A stretch of DNA of 62,838 nt, filler included, from Sphacelaria rigidula (GCA_964200075.2; 9 parts of 9 records of this genome joined end to end with filler, not necessarily neighbours in it); one strand, 5' to 3'. Shown: positions 24,565 to 37,213, counted from the whole stretch's first letter. The notes: generated by a model from the sequence alone, not told the origin. A program made the numbers and translations.

Positions 24565-25889
24565 CTGTTGGATACATGAGCATGTACGCGCGAAAAACGG
24601 GAAGTGGAAGGGGAGGGAACCGTGATGATCTACAAACGAGATCCAAAACGACAACGACAACAACAGCGACAACAACAACTACAGCAGACTGAAAACGTTA
24701 AATAAATAAAACGCAACAAAAAAAAGGGGGGACGGAGAAGGGGGGAGAAGGGGGGGGCAAGATGCCCGCCAATCCTGTAAATAACATTTCGCTCAAGATA
24801 GTCAACTTGCCACTGTTGTGGTATATCCTGACTACGGGAAGCAACACAGTTAGGGATGCAAATCGGGGGGGGGGGGGTGTTCGAAGAAATTTTATGGACC
24901 ATAGACAACTGACCCTCGTTTCCTTTCTTCCATGTGGATACACTTGATTAAGCACATCATTGGAACGAGCAAATCGTGCGTTCAAACGACGCTCTCCCTG
25001 TTCTGGCGCCACTAACATGTCCACACCCCTGACACGCATTGCAAGGTAACTTCCTTTCTTCTCAGCTCTTTTACCGTTCACTGAAATTATGCACAAAGAA
25101 AAAAAAATGTCGTCTGGTGTGCTGAGTGTGGGAAGTTCCCGGAAAGCGAGGTCATCACAACACGCTTTGTGATTTACAACACACAAGGCAAAAAACAGCG
25201 CTTGAATCGCAAATGTGGTCGACGAGATCGTCTTTGACTTAGTCGATCTATCGATGGACTCGCCCCCCCAAAACCACCGTCCCCGACAAGAGCAAATGAA
25301 AAAAAAAACACGCAGACGGGACGGGGGAGGCAAGAAGGGAGGAGAGATCTGAGCCGGAGTAGACTTTTTTTACCGGTCGGTTCGATAGGTTGCCAGCATG
25401 AAAGGCCTTGTTGCTCACACACGAAGAGACTGCGCTGTAAATCCTATGATGTACTCACGACACCGCAACCGTATTGATTTTTCTTCGTTCTCGCTCACGA
25501 TGAAAAATATTGTACTTGTCGGGGGGAGCGGGAGCTTGCAAGAATAGTCATGGCGCACCGCGCAAGCTGGGCCGGGAAGAAAAGCAGGGATTGGCCTATA
25601 TCGCCGCGCGTCGCTTAATTGTTTCCCACTTGGAACCTGACATTTTTACATGTGATTTTCAAGGAACTCGGAGACACATTCAAAGCTGGTGATCTGTTTG
25701 CCCCTCGACGTTCGGACTGTAATGCACTCCGAGAGAAAATGAACAGCAAAACGCTGTCGTGTGTGTATTCAGCTGCTCTGGGGGCCAACGTTGGAGAGCG
25801 TGGTGTGTTCTGGAACAGACAACAACCTGCATCATCCCTGCGCTGCCATGAAGATTCAGTGTTGTGCTCGCATATACTGAATTGATTGG

Positions 25890-26800
25890 CATGATTTGAC
25901 TCGAGATATGAACGGGACCCAGATTTCCCACCGCGGAGACCCAAGGGTTCACATAGATAGCTGGGGGCGAGACGAGTTCACACTCTCCAAAGGTTTTTTG
26001 TCATCTGGTCCATGGTGATACCCATGAATAATGGAAGCAATGGGCAGGAACGCACGGAGGGAGAGAGAGAAGACAGCACTCTCCTGAACTGTACTGTTCT
26101 GCTTTGCCCTGTATTGTACTGCTGTACCTTGTTGTTCGGCATTGTCCATCAACAGTATATACAACCACCTTCAGGGCGAGTCATCTGTTGTGCATTGGCA
26201 TAATTTTGACTTGAAATATGAATGCAAGACCCAGAAGTCAAGGGTTCACTTCCAGAGCTGGGGGCAGGACAAGTTCACGCTCTCAAAAGGTCTCTTATAA
26301 TCTGGTCCGTGGTGATAGCCGTAGATGACGGGAGCGATGGGAAGGAATGAAGGGGAGGGGCGGGAGAGAAGACATCACTCTCCTGAACTGTGCTGTTCTA
26401 CATCGTGCTGCATTGTCCTGTACTGTACTGAGCCTTGTTCGGTTTTATCCATCTATATACAACCACCTTCAGGGAGAGTAATCTGTTGTGCATTGACATA
26501 ATTTTGACTTGGAAAGATGAATGTGAGACCCAGGTGACCCACCGTAGAGGCTCACAGGTTCAACGCTTTTCAAAGGTTTCGTGTAATCTGACAATTAATG
26601 GTGCCCATTGAAGAAGGGGAGGAAACCAGCGGGGAAATATATAAGACAACACTGCACTGTACTGTACCACACAGCGTTTGTGCTGCATTGTACTACTCGT
26701 ACTGTAGTTGTACTCTCTGCTTTAGTTCGGATTTTTCTATCGTCACCCCCAGGGTGGGCATTTGCATCGGACTAATCTTTACTTGAACAATGAATCATCA
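25890..26800. repeat. Diverged ~300-bp tandem repeat (about 3 units) inside an intron
   Basis: Unit starts related to CATAATTTTGACTTGAAATATGAATG at ~25890, 26199, 26497 and 26771. TACAACCACCTTCAGGG and CACTCTCCTGAACTGT recur. Confidence 0.85.
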
Positions 26801-27058
26801 GTACGCCCATGAGCAATGCACCTGCGGCAAAGTGTGCGATTTGCGGAGAAGTCCTTCCGGGGTTCTCTCGGAACCGACCGGACGGATCCTTTGTTTCTGA
26901 CTGACTAGCTTGATTTGTCCATCAGGAAGAGCCAGGACACTTTTGGAGGGAAATTTCCGATATGTTTTGTGAGCGATTCGCATCTCTAACGGTACCGCTG
27001 CAGCATTGCAAAAGCCGAGTATATGACACTAGCTCCCCACAATCAAAGATTTACTCAC

Positions 27059-27188
27059 CACAAGGTCTTCGTAATTGTCCATGGGGAGCGACACCATCAT
27101 CTCTTCCGTGAAATCCGCAGCCTTAACTCCTGTGTGCTGAGCACCAGCGCCAGCGATGAGCGTCAGGAACTGGCCAAATATCTCGTGC
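27059..27188 (-). CDS. Unknown protein, internal exon
   Basis: TAG|gHEIFGQFLTLIAGAG...MDNYEDLV|GTGAGT, 130 nt. Confidence 0.75.
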
Positions 27189-27563
27189 CTACCCTCGGAA
27201 TGGAGTACAGAGAAGGTAACAAAGGTGAAGGTGAATGCGTGAGAGAGCGTCGATGATGAATGAGTCCGTTTGCTCGATCATTCAACAGTTTGTCCGCGTG
27301 TGCATGTTCGTGAGGGGATCAGGTATCTCATACAGTACAATACAACGCTTGTTCCTCTTCACATATTTCTGGTGGGAGACGTACGTACGTTCGTTGTGTG
27401 ATGTCTCGCCCCTGACGAGGTATGATTTTCCATGCGCTACATTTGTTTTTTCAACGGGAAATCATCTCTCTCTTGTACTCGTCATGGGGAATCAGACTAA
27501 GGAATAACAAGAGCGCAGTATGCATACATGCGCGTCGTAGTGTATATGTATAGCCTCCCTCAC

Positions 27564-27655
27564 CTGTCCTCTCGTTCGCACTGATTCCAAAGGTGGGCCA
27601 ATGTGGCGAGGCGTTCCCGATGGTCCGTCATAGATTCGAATACTGTCAACCACGA
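27564..27655 (-). CDS. Unknown protein, first visible exon (gene is 5'-partial)
   Basis: Polypyrimidine tract then GCAG|SWLTVFESMTDHRERLATLAHLWNQCERED-ag|GTGAGG, 92 nt. Confidence 0.75.
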
Positions 27656-27875
27656 CTGCGCAGAAATACGATGCAATAACGACGGAAAACGATAAGAAAA
27701 AAAAATCGGGAGCAACCGTATCGAAGGAAAAAAAAACGAAAAAATAATGTGGGCAGGGAGCGATGCTACGGTAGGGGTGCACGTTTTTCGCGAATGTTTG
27801 TCTGGTTTAGGGGCTCCTAACGATTTTAGACGCACAAGAATACGGATCAGGGCATCCCCGTTTGCAGATTTATTC

Positions 27876-27975
27876 NNNNNNNNNNNNNNNNNNNNNNNNN
27901 NNNNNNNNNNNNNNNNNNNTTAATTAATTAANNNNNNNNNNNNNNNNNNNNNNNNNNNNNNNNNNNNNNNNNNNN
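27876..27975. other. Artificial contig linker 4
   Basis: N44-TTAATTAATTAA-N44. Confidence 0.98.
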
Positions 27976-28147
27976 CAACCCCATTTTCGAAAATCGGCTG
28001 TTACCTGTCTACAGCAGCGCTATCATGACTGCCATGTGACAATATTCATACAGCGACAACACAGGCACTGAACTGTTAGGTGCACGAGCGAAGCCCGACG
28101 TATACGACGCTGGCATCTTAAGGTCGTCGACCGTGCTTGCCGCTTAC

Positions 28148-31100
28148 CTAGAAAACACCTGGTCGATTTTTATGTGGGTGTGTCCCACCATCATGAAGTG
28201 CACCTCGATCACGTCCACGATCTCCTCCGCCACTGACATCCCCGCGTACCCGAGGAAGAAGTTGTTCTTGTTCTCCGAGGCGGCGTTGTCCACCTGAGTG
28301 GTTGCCGGTAAGAGGCGTCGGGGGGCGGCGATGGAGATCATTGAAATCCTTTTTTTGTCTGTGGGCATGGAATACTCCAAGTAACGATCTAAGGAGCGTA
28401 ACTGGTGACTGTCGGTTTGCACGTTACAACAGTGCATGCACTCCAGGCCCTCGATGACGTGTTCAACATATATTCACGACGATGTGATCCGTGATGGAGC
28501 TCACCTGCCAGTGCGCATGCTTGATGATGCACCCCCCGTCGCCGTCCGGCTTGTGATGCGTGTCGATCACCCTGGTGAGGGCGAGATGGACAGCCGCGCA
28601 CGCGAGATTGCAGCCTGCATGACAAAGATTGCGGACGAAGGGCGAGGTATTCGGTTGTGGTGGATTTTGGCATACGCATGTTGCCGTGCAGGGGAAGATA
28701 CTGAAGTGTGGCGGTCATCACGACACGGCCGGACGCTTGCCCCATCGGCGGTGGCAGTATGTAGTACGTTGTACTGCCCAATTATTAGTTTCTGAATAAG
28801 AGAACCACGCACCTGCCCCGAGATTCTGAGGCGTGAAGAACACTTCGACGCACTGGCCTTCGACTAGCGTACACGGGATTTTCTGGCGCTCTGCGTAGCC
28901 CCTGGTGGCATGTTCAATTTTCGCGACGTAGGACAACATGAACAGAGGGTTATCTGACGTCGTTTGGTAGTAGTGTTGATACAGTGGACGACATCAAGAA
29001 CGGGTTGTCACCGAAAATGCGTCTAAAACTCCGTGACTGCGGCTTGTCATTGCGAAGTAATCACCTCTAGCCGCCATGTGCAGGGGCGTATACTTTCGGA
29101 AGGATATACGTCGTCTGGTTTGCCGCGTCTACCGACAGCGAGATGTAGTCCAACGGTTTCCCATCGGCTTTGGCTCGCAGCGCGGCTTGCGTGGCGTCTG
29201 CGATGACCTGCAGATCAGCTTGGATCCTCTGTCCAACAAAGCATGTGCAAGCAGCGTGGAGTGCATGTTTGTAGGAATGCGTTCGATTGCTGCGCAGGGC
29301 AACCACCGCATCATGGAGGCGCGTGTTGTTGAAGACACGGGGTTTCACAAATTGGGGATGTAGGTTTTATCGGGGAAGAGAACGAAATTCAAATTCGTAT
29401 GGCGAGGAGAAATCGTCATTAGCTGCCAGCAAGTGACGAAATTGAGCCATGTTTCGAACATTTGTGGCGGATACGGAGATTTTTATTGTCCGGGTTCTCA
29501 TCCCCAATAAAAATCCACCCCTGATCTGTCAAATCCCGTGTTTGAAGCATTTCTGACGTAGTCATCATGACGTGATGTACTTACTTCAAGTGACCACGGA
29601 CCAAATTGGTACTTACCACGATCTACTGTAATTGTTGACAGGGCGACGGGTCATGCTTCCTCCATCGTGTAATATATGATCGAAACACAAGGGTGATAAT
29701 AACGTTTGCGGCACGTCCTAGTATGATGTTCACCTTCCGATGCTGTTCGAGGTCGTCCACGGCTTTCTTCAGGAATGTTGGACCGATTGGGGGCTTCACG
29801 CCTGGAGTTTCATGCAGGGTCTCCTTCAGCTTAATGCACAGATCGCACTTCATAAAATCTCCGCCTACCCTAACCTTGATGTGCGGCATGTGCTTCCTCC
29901 GGATATTGTTGAAGTGCGTTTTTGACGATTGCGCTTCTGGATGGTCAGGGTGGACTCGGCGAACCTCTTTGCAAAAGCCGTCGTAGAGCTCCTGCCAGGA
30001 CGCGTTGTTGTTGTCGGGGTGTTGTAGTGGCGGAATTCATGAACGAGCAGCGAAGATCCCGTGGGCATAGCGCAGGAGACTCCCGCTCCTATGCTTCGAT
30101 TGAAAAGCCGAGGCGGCCCCGTCGTCTTGTGACATACAGTGGCACCCGCCTCGTTCCGACAATAATTCGCATGCTTTCCTTGAAAGTGAGGATATATATA
30201 TATATATATATATATGGGTGTATATACATTGACGATGAAGCTTCGAAACCTTCATATGCATCGAAATGTTTTCGAAATAAAAATACAAACGCACTATCCG
30301 GCTGTGATGAGGTGGCGTCGCTCATGCTAGAAAAACAAAAACCAACCGTAATCTGTGGAATCCCGTGCTCGTCAGGAATTTTGACATGTAGGAAGGGTTT
30401 CTGATACCGGCGTGACCGGAGGGAGAAGCTCTCGTGAAAACAAATTGGATTTCACAGATCGAAGGTGGGTTGTTGTCGAGGATGAGCGGGGCCGAACATC
30501 ATGGTCAGAATCGTTAACGATCGCGGTGGGCTTCACAACAGCGTCTTGTAGGACGGGTAACACTGCACAACCTCCTGCTGCTGGAGGCATAGCGTATGCA
30601 CACGATAGACAAAGATGGCAACGATGACCACCAATAACACCTTCTTCGTTGCAGCGTGGATGACCACGGCAGTCTTGTGGGGCATGGCCTCTCCGTACGT
30701 CTCACTAAAGAAGTCCAACGATGACAAAATGCTCTCTTTCTTGCCGTCGGGTTTACGTCGGCAGTCCCTGCAGCACATGTACGCACATAATACAGAGCGC
30801 AACGAGGCGGAGAGGCGCAGGTGCGGGATGATCCTCCTCTACATCAACCATGGGTATCCGATTATATCTTCTCCACTTTGCGATGCTGTTATTCCTGTAT
30901 CGCGCTGACTGCATCCTGTAACGATGCGTCCCGATCAAAAACATGGGTAATCGAAATGTTTGGGTTCTACGTACAAAACCAAGTTGGGGGATTTTCGGCG
31001 ATCTGATCGGGTCGTCTAAGTTCAATAAGTTTTCTTCACGTAGGACCAAGCATGTCGGTCATCAGGATCCATATTTGTAAGCCTTGTAGTAGCTGTCAAC

Positions 31101-33304
31101 AGCTGCCAGTAGTTGAAGGAGTAGATCTATATCTCGAAGATTTGGTGTGGATACGAATATTTCACTTGTCCGGGTTATCATCCTGACCCACAGTAGGAGA
31201 CGACTACATGAGCGAGTCCTTGCAAACCCGCATACGAGTATCAAAGCTGCGAACGCCCAACGTTTCGCCTTGTCCTCCTCCAGAACGTGCGCAGTGAGGG
31301 AAAACAGCCACAGCGAGGGCGCCAATTAAAACGTGCATAATGCGCGCATAATTCGCGACAATGAGATGCATTAAGTGGCGCATCGTTCCCAGAGTTGAGA
31401 ACAAAATGAAAAAATGCCTACATGTGATTCCACAAAATAACGGAGAACGCACAAACGAGTACATGGGGCTGGTTTATTGTGAAACGGAAAGTCCTTGGCA
31501 CGGGATCTGACAAATTGGGGATGGATCTTTTATTGGGGATGAGAAACCCGGAGAATTAAAATATTCGTATCCACACCAAATGTTGGAAATATGGTTCCAT
31601 TTTCTTCACCTACTGATAGCTATTGGCGACTGCTACACGCCATTGAAATTTGGATTTCGATCACCGTAATGTTGGGATCCTAGGTGAAAAACCAATTTTG
31701 GGGAGTTCCGGGTGTCCGAACGGACGCCAAAATGGTTCCGATTTTTGTTTTTACCTGGGACCCTAACACCTCGGTGATCGAAATCCAAATTTGTATGGTG
31801 TGTAGCAGCTGTTAAACGCTATCAGTTGGTAAAGAAATGGAACCATAACTCGAAGATTTGGTGTGGATACGAAGATTTTAGTTCTCCGGGTTCCTCATCC
31901 CCAATAAAATGTCTATCCCCAATTTGTAAGATACTGTGTTCCTTCCTGTCCACTCTGACCCTATGGCAACTAATTTCAAAAGTCTGGGCGGAGCGAAACA
32001 AAAGAACTGGACACTGGTGTCTGGGGAAATAAGGCAACTTTTTTCGTGGCAGCTGAACACCTCAAACGCGTCAAACATCGTAAGAGCTCAACAGGGGAAA
32101 TTTGATTTATCGCCCCGAACATGAAGATGCGGGGATCTCATATTTGGGTTTTCTCGCTTCGCAAGAGTTTTAGAAAAATCTGAGCTCCACAAACAACAAC
32201 GTTTTCGCGAGATTGAGAGTAGAGCGTTGATTGAGAGTGGATTTGGTAGACCTCGGAGTTAGTTTATCTAACCACCAACCACTTGAATCGTTACGCGTGT
32301 CGCATTCATTACCCAGTTAGATGATACACAATTGTTTGGTCAGCGAGCGTTGTAGCCGCGATCCAAGAAGCCCCCGCCGGCAGAGGGGGCCACCTCCCCC
32401 CCCTCCCCTCCCGCAGAGGGCCCCCCTCCGGAGACGCCCCCGGATAGCCCCGCTGGAGGCGCCGTGCCGTAGGCACGTTCTCTATGCCTGTAGCACTGCC
32501 GTGTGCTTACAGTCACACGTCAATATCTTACTCAGGGATATGAAGGGTCTCAGTGGCAAGCTACTCGAGAAAGAGAATCGGGCGTCGTGGAGGGGCATTT
32601 CGAAACTGTAAAATTCATTCACGACATGGCCGCTTTTCACTACCAAAAGCATTCTCCACTCTCAATTTTACGAAAACCATCGTTGAAAGTTCCGTTGAAA
32701 CCCGAATTTCGACCTCGGAAACAACGCAGTTACAACCCGCGGCTCTGCGTCGTGGCACGTGGTCATGTGTTGCCCCGTCTAGAAAGCACACGACCGGCGG
32801 CGGACACAAACAGCGATGGCCGATCGTTCTGACTCACCACGTTCTGGCACTCGCTGTTGCTCCCCGCGTTCCCTTTGCCGCGTCGATGAGGTTGTTTGAA
32901 GCACCGAACTATGCCTTGAAGAAATTAGTGCAGACTGGCGTTCCGCCGGCGAGCATGGAGCCTTTACCTTGTTCCAGGTTCACGACGGGCACACGGTCCG
33001 CAACAAAGATCTTGCGATCTTCACGCTTTACACACTTGCTGATGAGGGCTTGCTCAGCTATCAATGCACGGCCCAAGTACGAAGTTTCGTCTTTGGACTA
33101 TTGTATGCAACGCAGCTTCTGGCAGCACTTTTCTTGGTCCCTCACCAGAATGGGTGTAGGCCACTTTCGTCCCCGTTTGGCAGCCGCACCGTTGCTCTCG
33201 CGCAGAACATCATCCGCGGGCCGGTCTTATGACGCCGTCGTCGACGGCGGCGACGGTGGGTCCAGCGGAGCGAGCCAACGTCGGGCTGTGCCAGCGAGAA
33301 CCAT
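28148..33304 (-). pseudogene. Intron-containing Sola-like DDD transposase pseudogene, 3'-partial
   Basis: Exons 33304-32838 (KCCQKLRCI..PVCTNFF..FGASNNL; stops at 33229, 33100, 32911), 30767-30641, 29991-29734 (FMKCDLC..H), 29228-29094 (ISLSVDAANQ..LPK), ~28920-28813 and ~28410-28148 (QVDNAASENKN..HFMMVGHTHIKIDQVFS). The first four exons are phase-consistent with GT-AG borders. Confidence 0.85.
31512..31925. mobile_element. Foldback/MITE with ~180-bp inverted arms, inside intron 1 of the transposase
   Basis: TTTTATTGGGGATGAG..TTCGTATCCACACCAAAT..AAATTTGGATTTCGATCACCG is mirrored at 31750-31925. Partial arm copies occur at ~29380-29530 and ~31065-31185. Confidence 0.8.
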
Positions 33305-33805
33305 GGTGAGTGTTGGCTGTGAGATTATTGCGGCCTGACACCACTCCGAGATCTTGAATTCAACTTGCCGTGGGAATACGTCATTTTGATATCTCCTGGC
33401 CGCGCTGACGGTCGAAAATGGGAGATACCCGTTGCATGTATCTGCCAATTTTTTGTAATCGTCAACGCAGTTTTTGTTCTAAATTTATTTATTTCTTATT
33501 GCAAGTTGCCCGAAAAACTGTTCTGGACATTCCAGTGCCACCCAAAATTGTTCGTGGTTCTGAAATCACGATTGTAGATGACAAACAATATGAAATTGCA
33601 TTCTGTTCGATATTCAAATACATTGAAACCCAACGTGCAGTAACCAACCCCCTCGGAAGTTCCAATGGTCCGTGAGGACACCACGAAGTAAACAGCGGAT
33701 AGCATACCCCAATACCTCACTTTGAATTGATCTGCCTTTGACAAACCGAGCCACTTCATCCCCGCATACTTTACGTGCGGTATATTTGTCTACTGCTACT
33801 GGACG

Positions 33806-34259
33806 ATGCCTTCCCGTAAGACTGCCGCTGCCACAGCGTCTGCCTCAGCAGGCGGGCCTGCGAGTGGCAACAACCAGCCCTGGGCGCCGGCTGCCCCCGA
33901 TGGCATGCCGAAACTTCTTTAGGAACACTTTGTTGGGCTGTATCGGATGAAACTTGGCAACATCGCATGCACACAGATGGTTCGAGCTGTGAGCAACTCG
34001 GGCGTCCAGACTGTAGTGGACTCCATCCGTGCGACTGGGTGGCTCGACCAGTTTTCTCCGTTGGTCGTCATCCCGCGAGAAGCTGTGCGGGATGGCGAGC
34101 CGCTGACGGCCGAAATTATGCGCGAGGCGAAGGGTCGCGTACTCGATGGCAACCACCGTGTGACGGCCCTGAAGGAAGAGTTCGGCGATGAGGACATGTT
34201 TCTCATGCGAGTCTATCGTGAGTTTGCGGACCGTGCTCAGGAGAAGGTCATCGCCAACT
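33806..34259 (+). pseudogene. ParB/sulfiredoxin-like domain protein, first exon (one in-frame stop)
   Basis: MPSRKT..KLL*EHFVGLYRMKLGNIACTQMVRAVSNSGVQTVVDSIRATGWLDQFSPLVVI..GRVLDGNHRVTALKE..VIAN|GTGAGT. This follows the ParB pattern R..V..L.xSI...G...P+.V...DGxHR..A. TAG at 33920. Confidence 0.8.
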
Positions 34260-34800
34260 GTGAGTGTGTGTGTGTGTGCCTGTGAGCGTTCACTGGTTCA
34301 ATGGATGGGTAAACTATTCGCTTCCTGAACAAAAGAGAAAATAGCTTGCTCAGTGGAAATTTCAAATTCAAAACATTCGAAGACGCCATGCGTTTTAGTA
34401 TGTTATGATGAAAGCTGCGTAGGCATCTCGACGTTTGGTAAACTCCTTTACAATATCTTGCAGCATACCAATACCTAGGGTCATGCTGTATTGTTGCAGT
34501 AGCCGCCGACAAGTGTTATCCGTGTGCTGTTTTCTGTGTGCAGGGAGAAATCAGTCCTGTTCTATGCATATGTGCTGCTCGGTGGAACGCACAGGTGTTG
34601 TGCGCGACGATCGATTACTGTGTCTGTTTGCAAAGCGTGTGTTTTGTCAATGCAGCAGTAGACGTTGGTACTTCAACATGCCGATGATAAACGTTTCAGT
34701 CGCTCTTTTGTCTAGGAGGAGTCGTGTTTGTCGTCCCGCCTCTGCGTTTTCTATTCGCGGTAAGCGAGAAACTGTGGACATTATACTGTGGTAACCGAGA

Positions 34801-34833
<33 letters not shown>

Positions 34834-34868
34834 ATTATTATTATTATTAATATTATTATTATTATTAT
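34801..34868. repeat. (ATT)n microsatellite at contig end
   Basis: Direct reading. Confidence 0.95.
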
Positions 34869-34968
34869 NNNNNNNNNNNNNNNNNNNNNNNNNNNNNNNN
34901 NNNNNNNNNNNNTTAATTAATTAANNNNNNNNNNNNNNNNNNNNNNNNNNNNNNNNNNNNNNNNNNNN
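34869..34968. other. Artificial contig linker 5
   Basis: N44-TTAATTAATTAA-N44. Confidence 0.98.
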
Positions 34969-35553
34969 AGACCATTGACCTCGCATCCCTGCAAAGCCGG
35001 GACGGAGCACGCCGGGTTTTCGCCGGACCAGGCTCGGGAGGGAGGGGGCAGGGCGGAAAGGTACGTCTGCACACCATAGGACGGAGCCTGGAAGGGTAAG
35101 GGCGGTCATCGGATTTTGTGGGATCGTACGTGCATTTTGTGTTACATATGGATCAATCGCAGTTGATAAGCTCCCAGAAGAATGGAGGACTTCCCCACAG
35201 CAGGTGCTTTTGACGGATTGTTGTTTCGTCGTCCATTCCCCCTGTCTACGCGCTTTACGCGACATGTAATATTATTTCGAACGGGGTCTTGACGTGGAGG
35301 AAGCAGGGAAAAGAACGGAGTCTGTAGGAGAAAGAGCAGCTTTTTCAGGCACGCCGAAAAACACGAGGAATCAGCTGTGAACTACCCAGAGTAGGAACTG
35401 CCGCCACCAACTGAGCGTGCGTAGACAGACGTTGAATGCGCTGCGAGGGGTGCGGGGCTAGTCTGTTTCTTACCGTAGACATTTGACCATTAACCACGCA
35501 TCCCTTTCGAAACGGAGCGGCGTTAGTACTCCTAGATGAGACACTCCCACCAC

Positions 35554-35985
35554 TTAAGCGCTGATTCCGTTTTCCCACGCATAATTTTTTTTTTCACATC
35601 TTTTATCCCTTTCCTGTTCCGCCGTCTGTGGCCACCATCTATGTACTAGTCTAGTGGGCGTTTCCCCGCCACTATCTGATGTACCAAGCCTTGATATGTC
35701 ACATTCGTCTAGGCCCCGTATCTTCTTCTCTAACACGCCCCGTTCCCCCTTGAATAGTTCACCCTCTCCTACAATGTGAGTTCTACTCTCTGTTATTTTG
35801 CCACAAGAGCAACTCTGTGCATCTACTTTCTCCTCCACCCAACTACTACTAGTATATCTTCTTTCTGGGAGGTCCACGTCTTCCACCCAAAATCGCACTT
35901 TCATTTGTTTACGTAGTACATCGGACCGTGCAGGTATGTTGTCATTCGTTCCTTTTCTTTCGACCTCCTCAATATCTCCAGTCAT
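35554..35985 (-). mobile_element. 3' fragment of the same LINE family
   Basis: KVRFWVEDVDLPERR..VDAQSCSCGKITESRTHIVGE..RWWPQTA aligns with the translation of 12890-13200. Confidence 0.88.
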
Positions 35986-36729
35986 TCTTCTTCATCTACT
36001 ACATGTCTCATCAGGAGGGGGGGTAGGATGAGTTTGCATTGCGGGTATGCTCGCGGTACCCACCTGTCTGAGTCCGGTCAACGATGGTGCCGACGTGGCG
36101 AATGTTGCCCCGTCGGCCCTACCGCCACCATGAGATTTCCTAAGCGAGTCGAGGAAAACTCTTAGAGATCGACACATGTTGTCGACGGTTGTCCCGGCGT
36201 TTCCTGGGTGGGTCGGTCGACAGGTAAGGTGTGAGTAAATGGAGTAGGCAGGGCAGACGTATTCTTGACACCTCTCGCACAGGGCAACCGCGGTACGAGC
36301 TTCGACATCTTCTGACACGGAATATAGACACACGGAAGCCACTGTGGGGCACCTCGAACAGCGTTGATATCTCCCGAAGGATTTCGTCGCACAGGGTCGA
36401 GAGAAAGCCTGCAGACTATTCTGGCTTGCCATATTGTGCCGGTAGAGGGAAAACGTCAATTTGTTGACTGCGACAACGATGAAAAACTAAAGTGTGCGGT
36501 AGTAAGTTGCGGTGGAATCCAAAGCGGTGATCGATAACATGAGAGAGGTCGTGGTTCGTGAACGGCTCCTAGCGAATGAGGATTCTCAATCTATTGAAGC
36601 GCACAACCCCAAAGCGGAGGAAGCAAATAACTGGTTAAGTCTTGACAAAATACTAATATTTCAATACCAAACCAGACTCCTATCATGCTAGCGTTTGGTC
36701 AGGCATGTACCCAGCAGAAACACACAAGC

Positions 36730-36937
36730 GCACCAACCCGACACTCTTCGTACCGGAGCACAGCACCTCCGCCGCTGCGCAGGCAAGTTTCCTTAGGCAT
36801 GCTACGATCACCAGCTCTTTTTCTATCCTCCTTCCGACTGCCTCATCGTCGTTGAACGTAGCACTTCCGCTTAGCCTCGGCCTAGACTCTGAGCCGAAGT
36901 ATCCGTCTTGAACCGCACGGGCGACAATCTCGATCGC
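36730..36937 (-). CDS. RNF213-like protein, probable further exon (3' border uncertain)
   Basis: TAG|AIEIVARAVQDG..IEKELVIVACLRKLAC, phase 0 after the large exon. Confidence 0.55.
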
Positions 36938-37213
36938 CTACGTCGAGGACAAGTGTTACGGAAGGCGAAATTTCTTTCGGGCGTAGAATTGCATATTCCG
37001 AGGATATAGTATAGTCATTTGCAGTCTGTTGCATATCGATGTGTAGTTGTTCTGCGAATGTTAAATTGACAACAGACTTGCATGGGGCCTCGCAATGCTT
37101 AATGACGACACCCCGGCAGATTCAGGGAAGGGGCGGACGTGACAGATACACCCACGAGAGTACTAGTGTTTTTTCAGCTGAAGTTGGGGTCTGAGGAAGG
37201 CCCTGCCACGCAC

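Noticed and set aside
25890-26800. CRISPR-like array
   Set aside because: Whole ~300-bp units are homologous, there are no short identical repeats with unique spacers, and no cas genes are present.
32553-33338. 261-aa plus-strand ORF as a gene
   Set aside because: It is the antisense shadow of transposase exon 1, which carries the recognisable motifs.
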